A stretch of 64,000 bases of DNA, from NCBI GenBank assembly GCA_026770705.1, contig JANJGN010000014.1, positions 68,696,001-68,760,000 of the forward strand. The letters run 5' to 3'. The translations under genes and the position numbers were made by a program. This document shows, one piece after another, positions 63,966-64,000 of this stretch. Origin of the DNA: Isurus oxyrinchus. Its lineage: Eukaryota. Under the pieces are notes generated by a model, which saw only the letters and a program-made list of their open reading frames with translations, did no database searches and was not told the DNA's origin. Each line of letters begins with the position of its first letter. The stretch's first letter is position 1.

Positions 63966-64000
63966 CAACTAAAAACACTTGTTTAACTTTACTTAATTAA

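Noticed and set aside
1-64000. Non-canonical (GC-AG or AT-AC) introns, or a disrupted titin copy
   Set aside because: All 46 complete introns inspected are GT-AG phase 1, and the spliced frame appears open
62157-64000. ORFs 63039..63425 (+) and 63066..63326 (-) as a titin exon or nested gene
   Set aside because: No Fn3/Ig or other motifs; intronic sequence

Overview
Eukaryotic (vertebrate) genomic DNA: the A-band portion of titin (ttn) on the + strand, entering and leaving the window mid-gene. I resolved 47 coding exons by hand; all introns are GT-AG and phase 1. They encode the end of the D-zone (7-domain Ig/Fn3 super-repeats) and C-zone 11-domain super-repeats C1-C10 plus part of C11. One giant exon (26014-43119) is 17,106 bp, the length I recall for human TTN's largest exon. 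The larger introns hold decayed CR1 LINEs, an L2/CR1-group LINE with a tail-sharing tRNA SINE, Deu-domain SINE remnants, several PIF/Harbinger-like non-autonomous elements, and a Penelope-like (RT + GIY-YIG) retroelement carrying a hammerhead-ribozyme motif. The repeat complement suggests a cartilaginous fish (inference). There are no prokaryotic systems and no clearly novel protein-coding system. The most notable observations are the hammerhead motifs, a 64-bp templated inverted copy spanning a TE junction, hairpin-rich MITEs, and titin architecture conservation.
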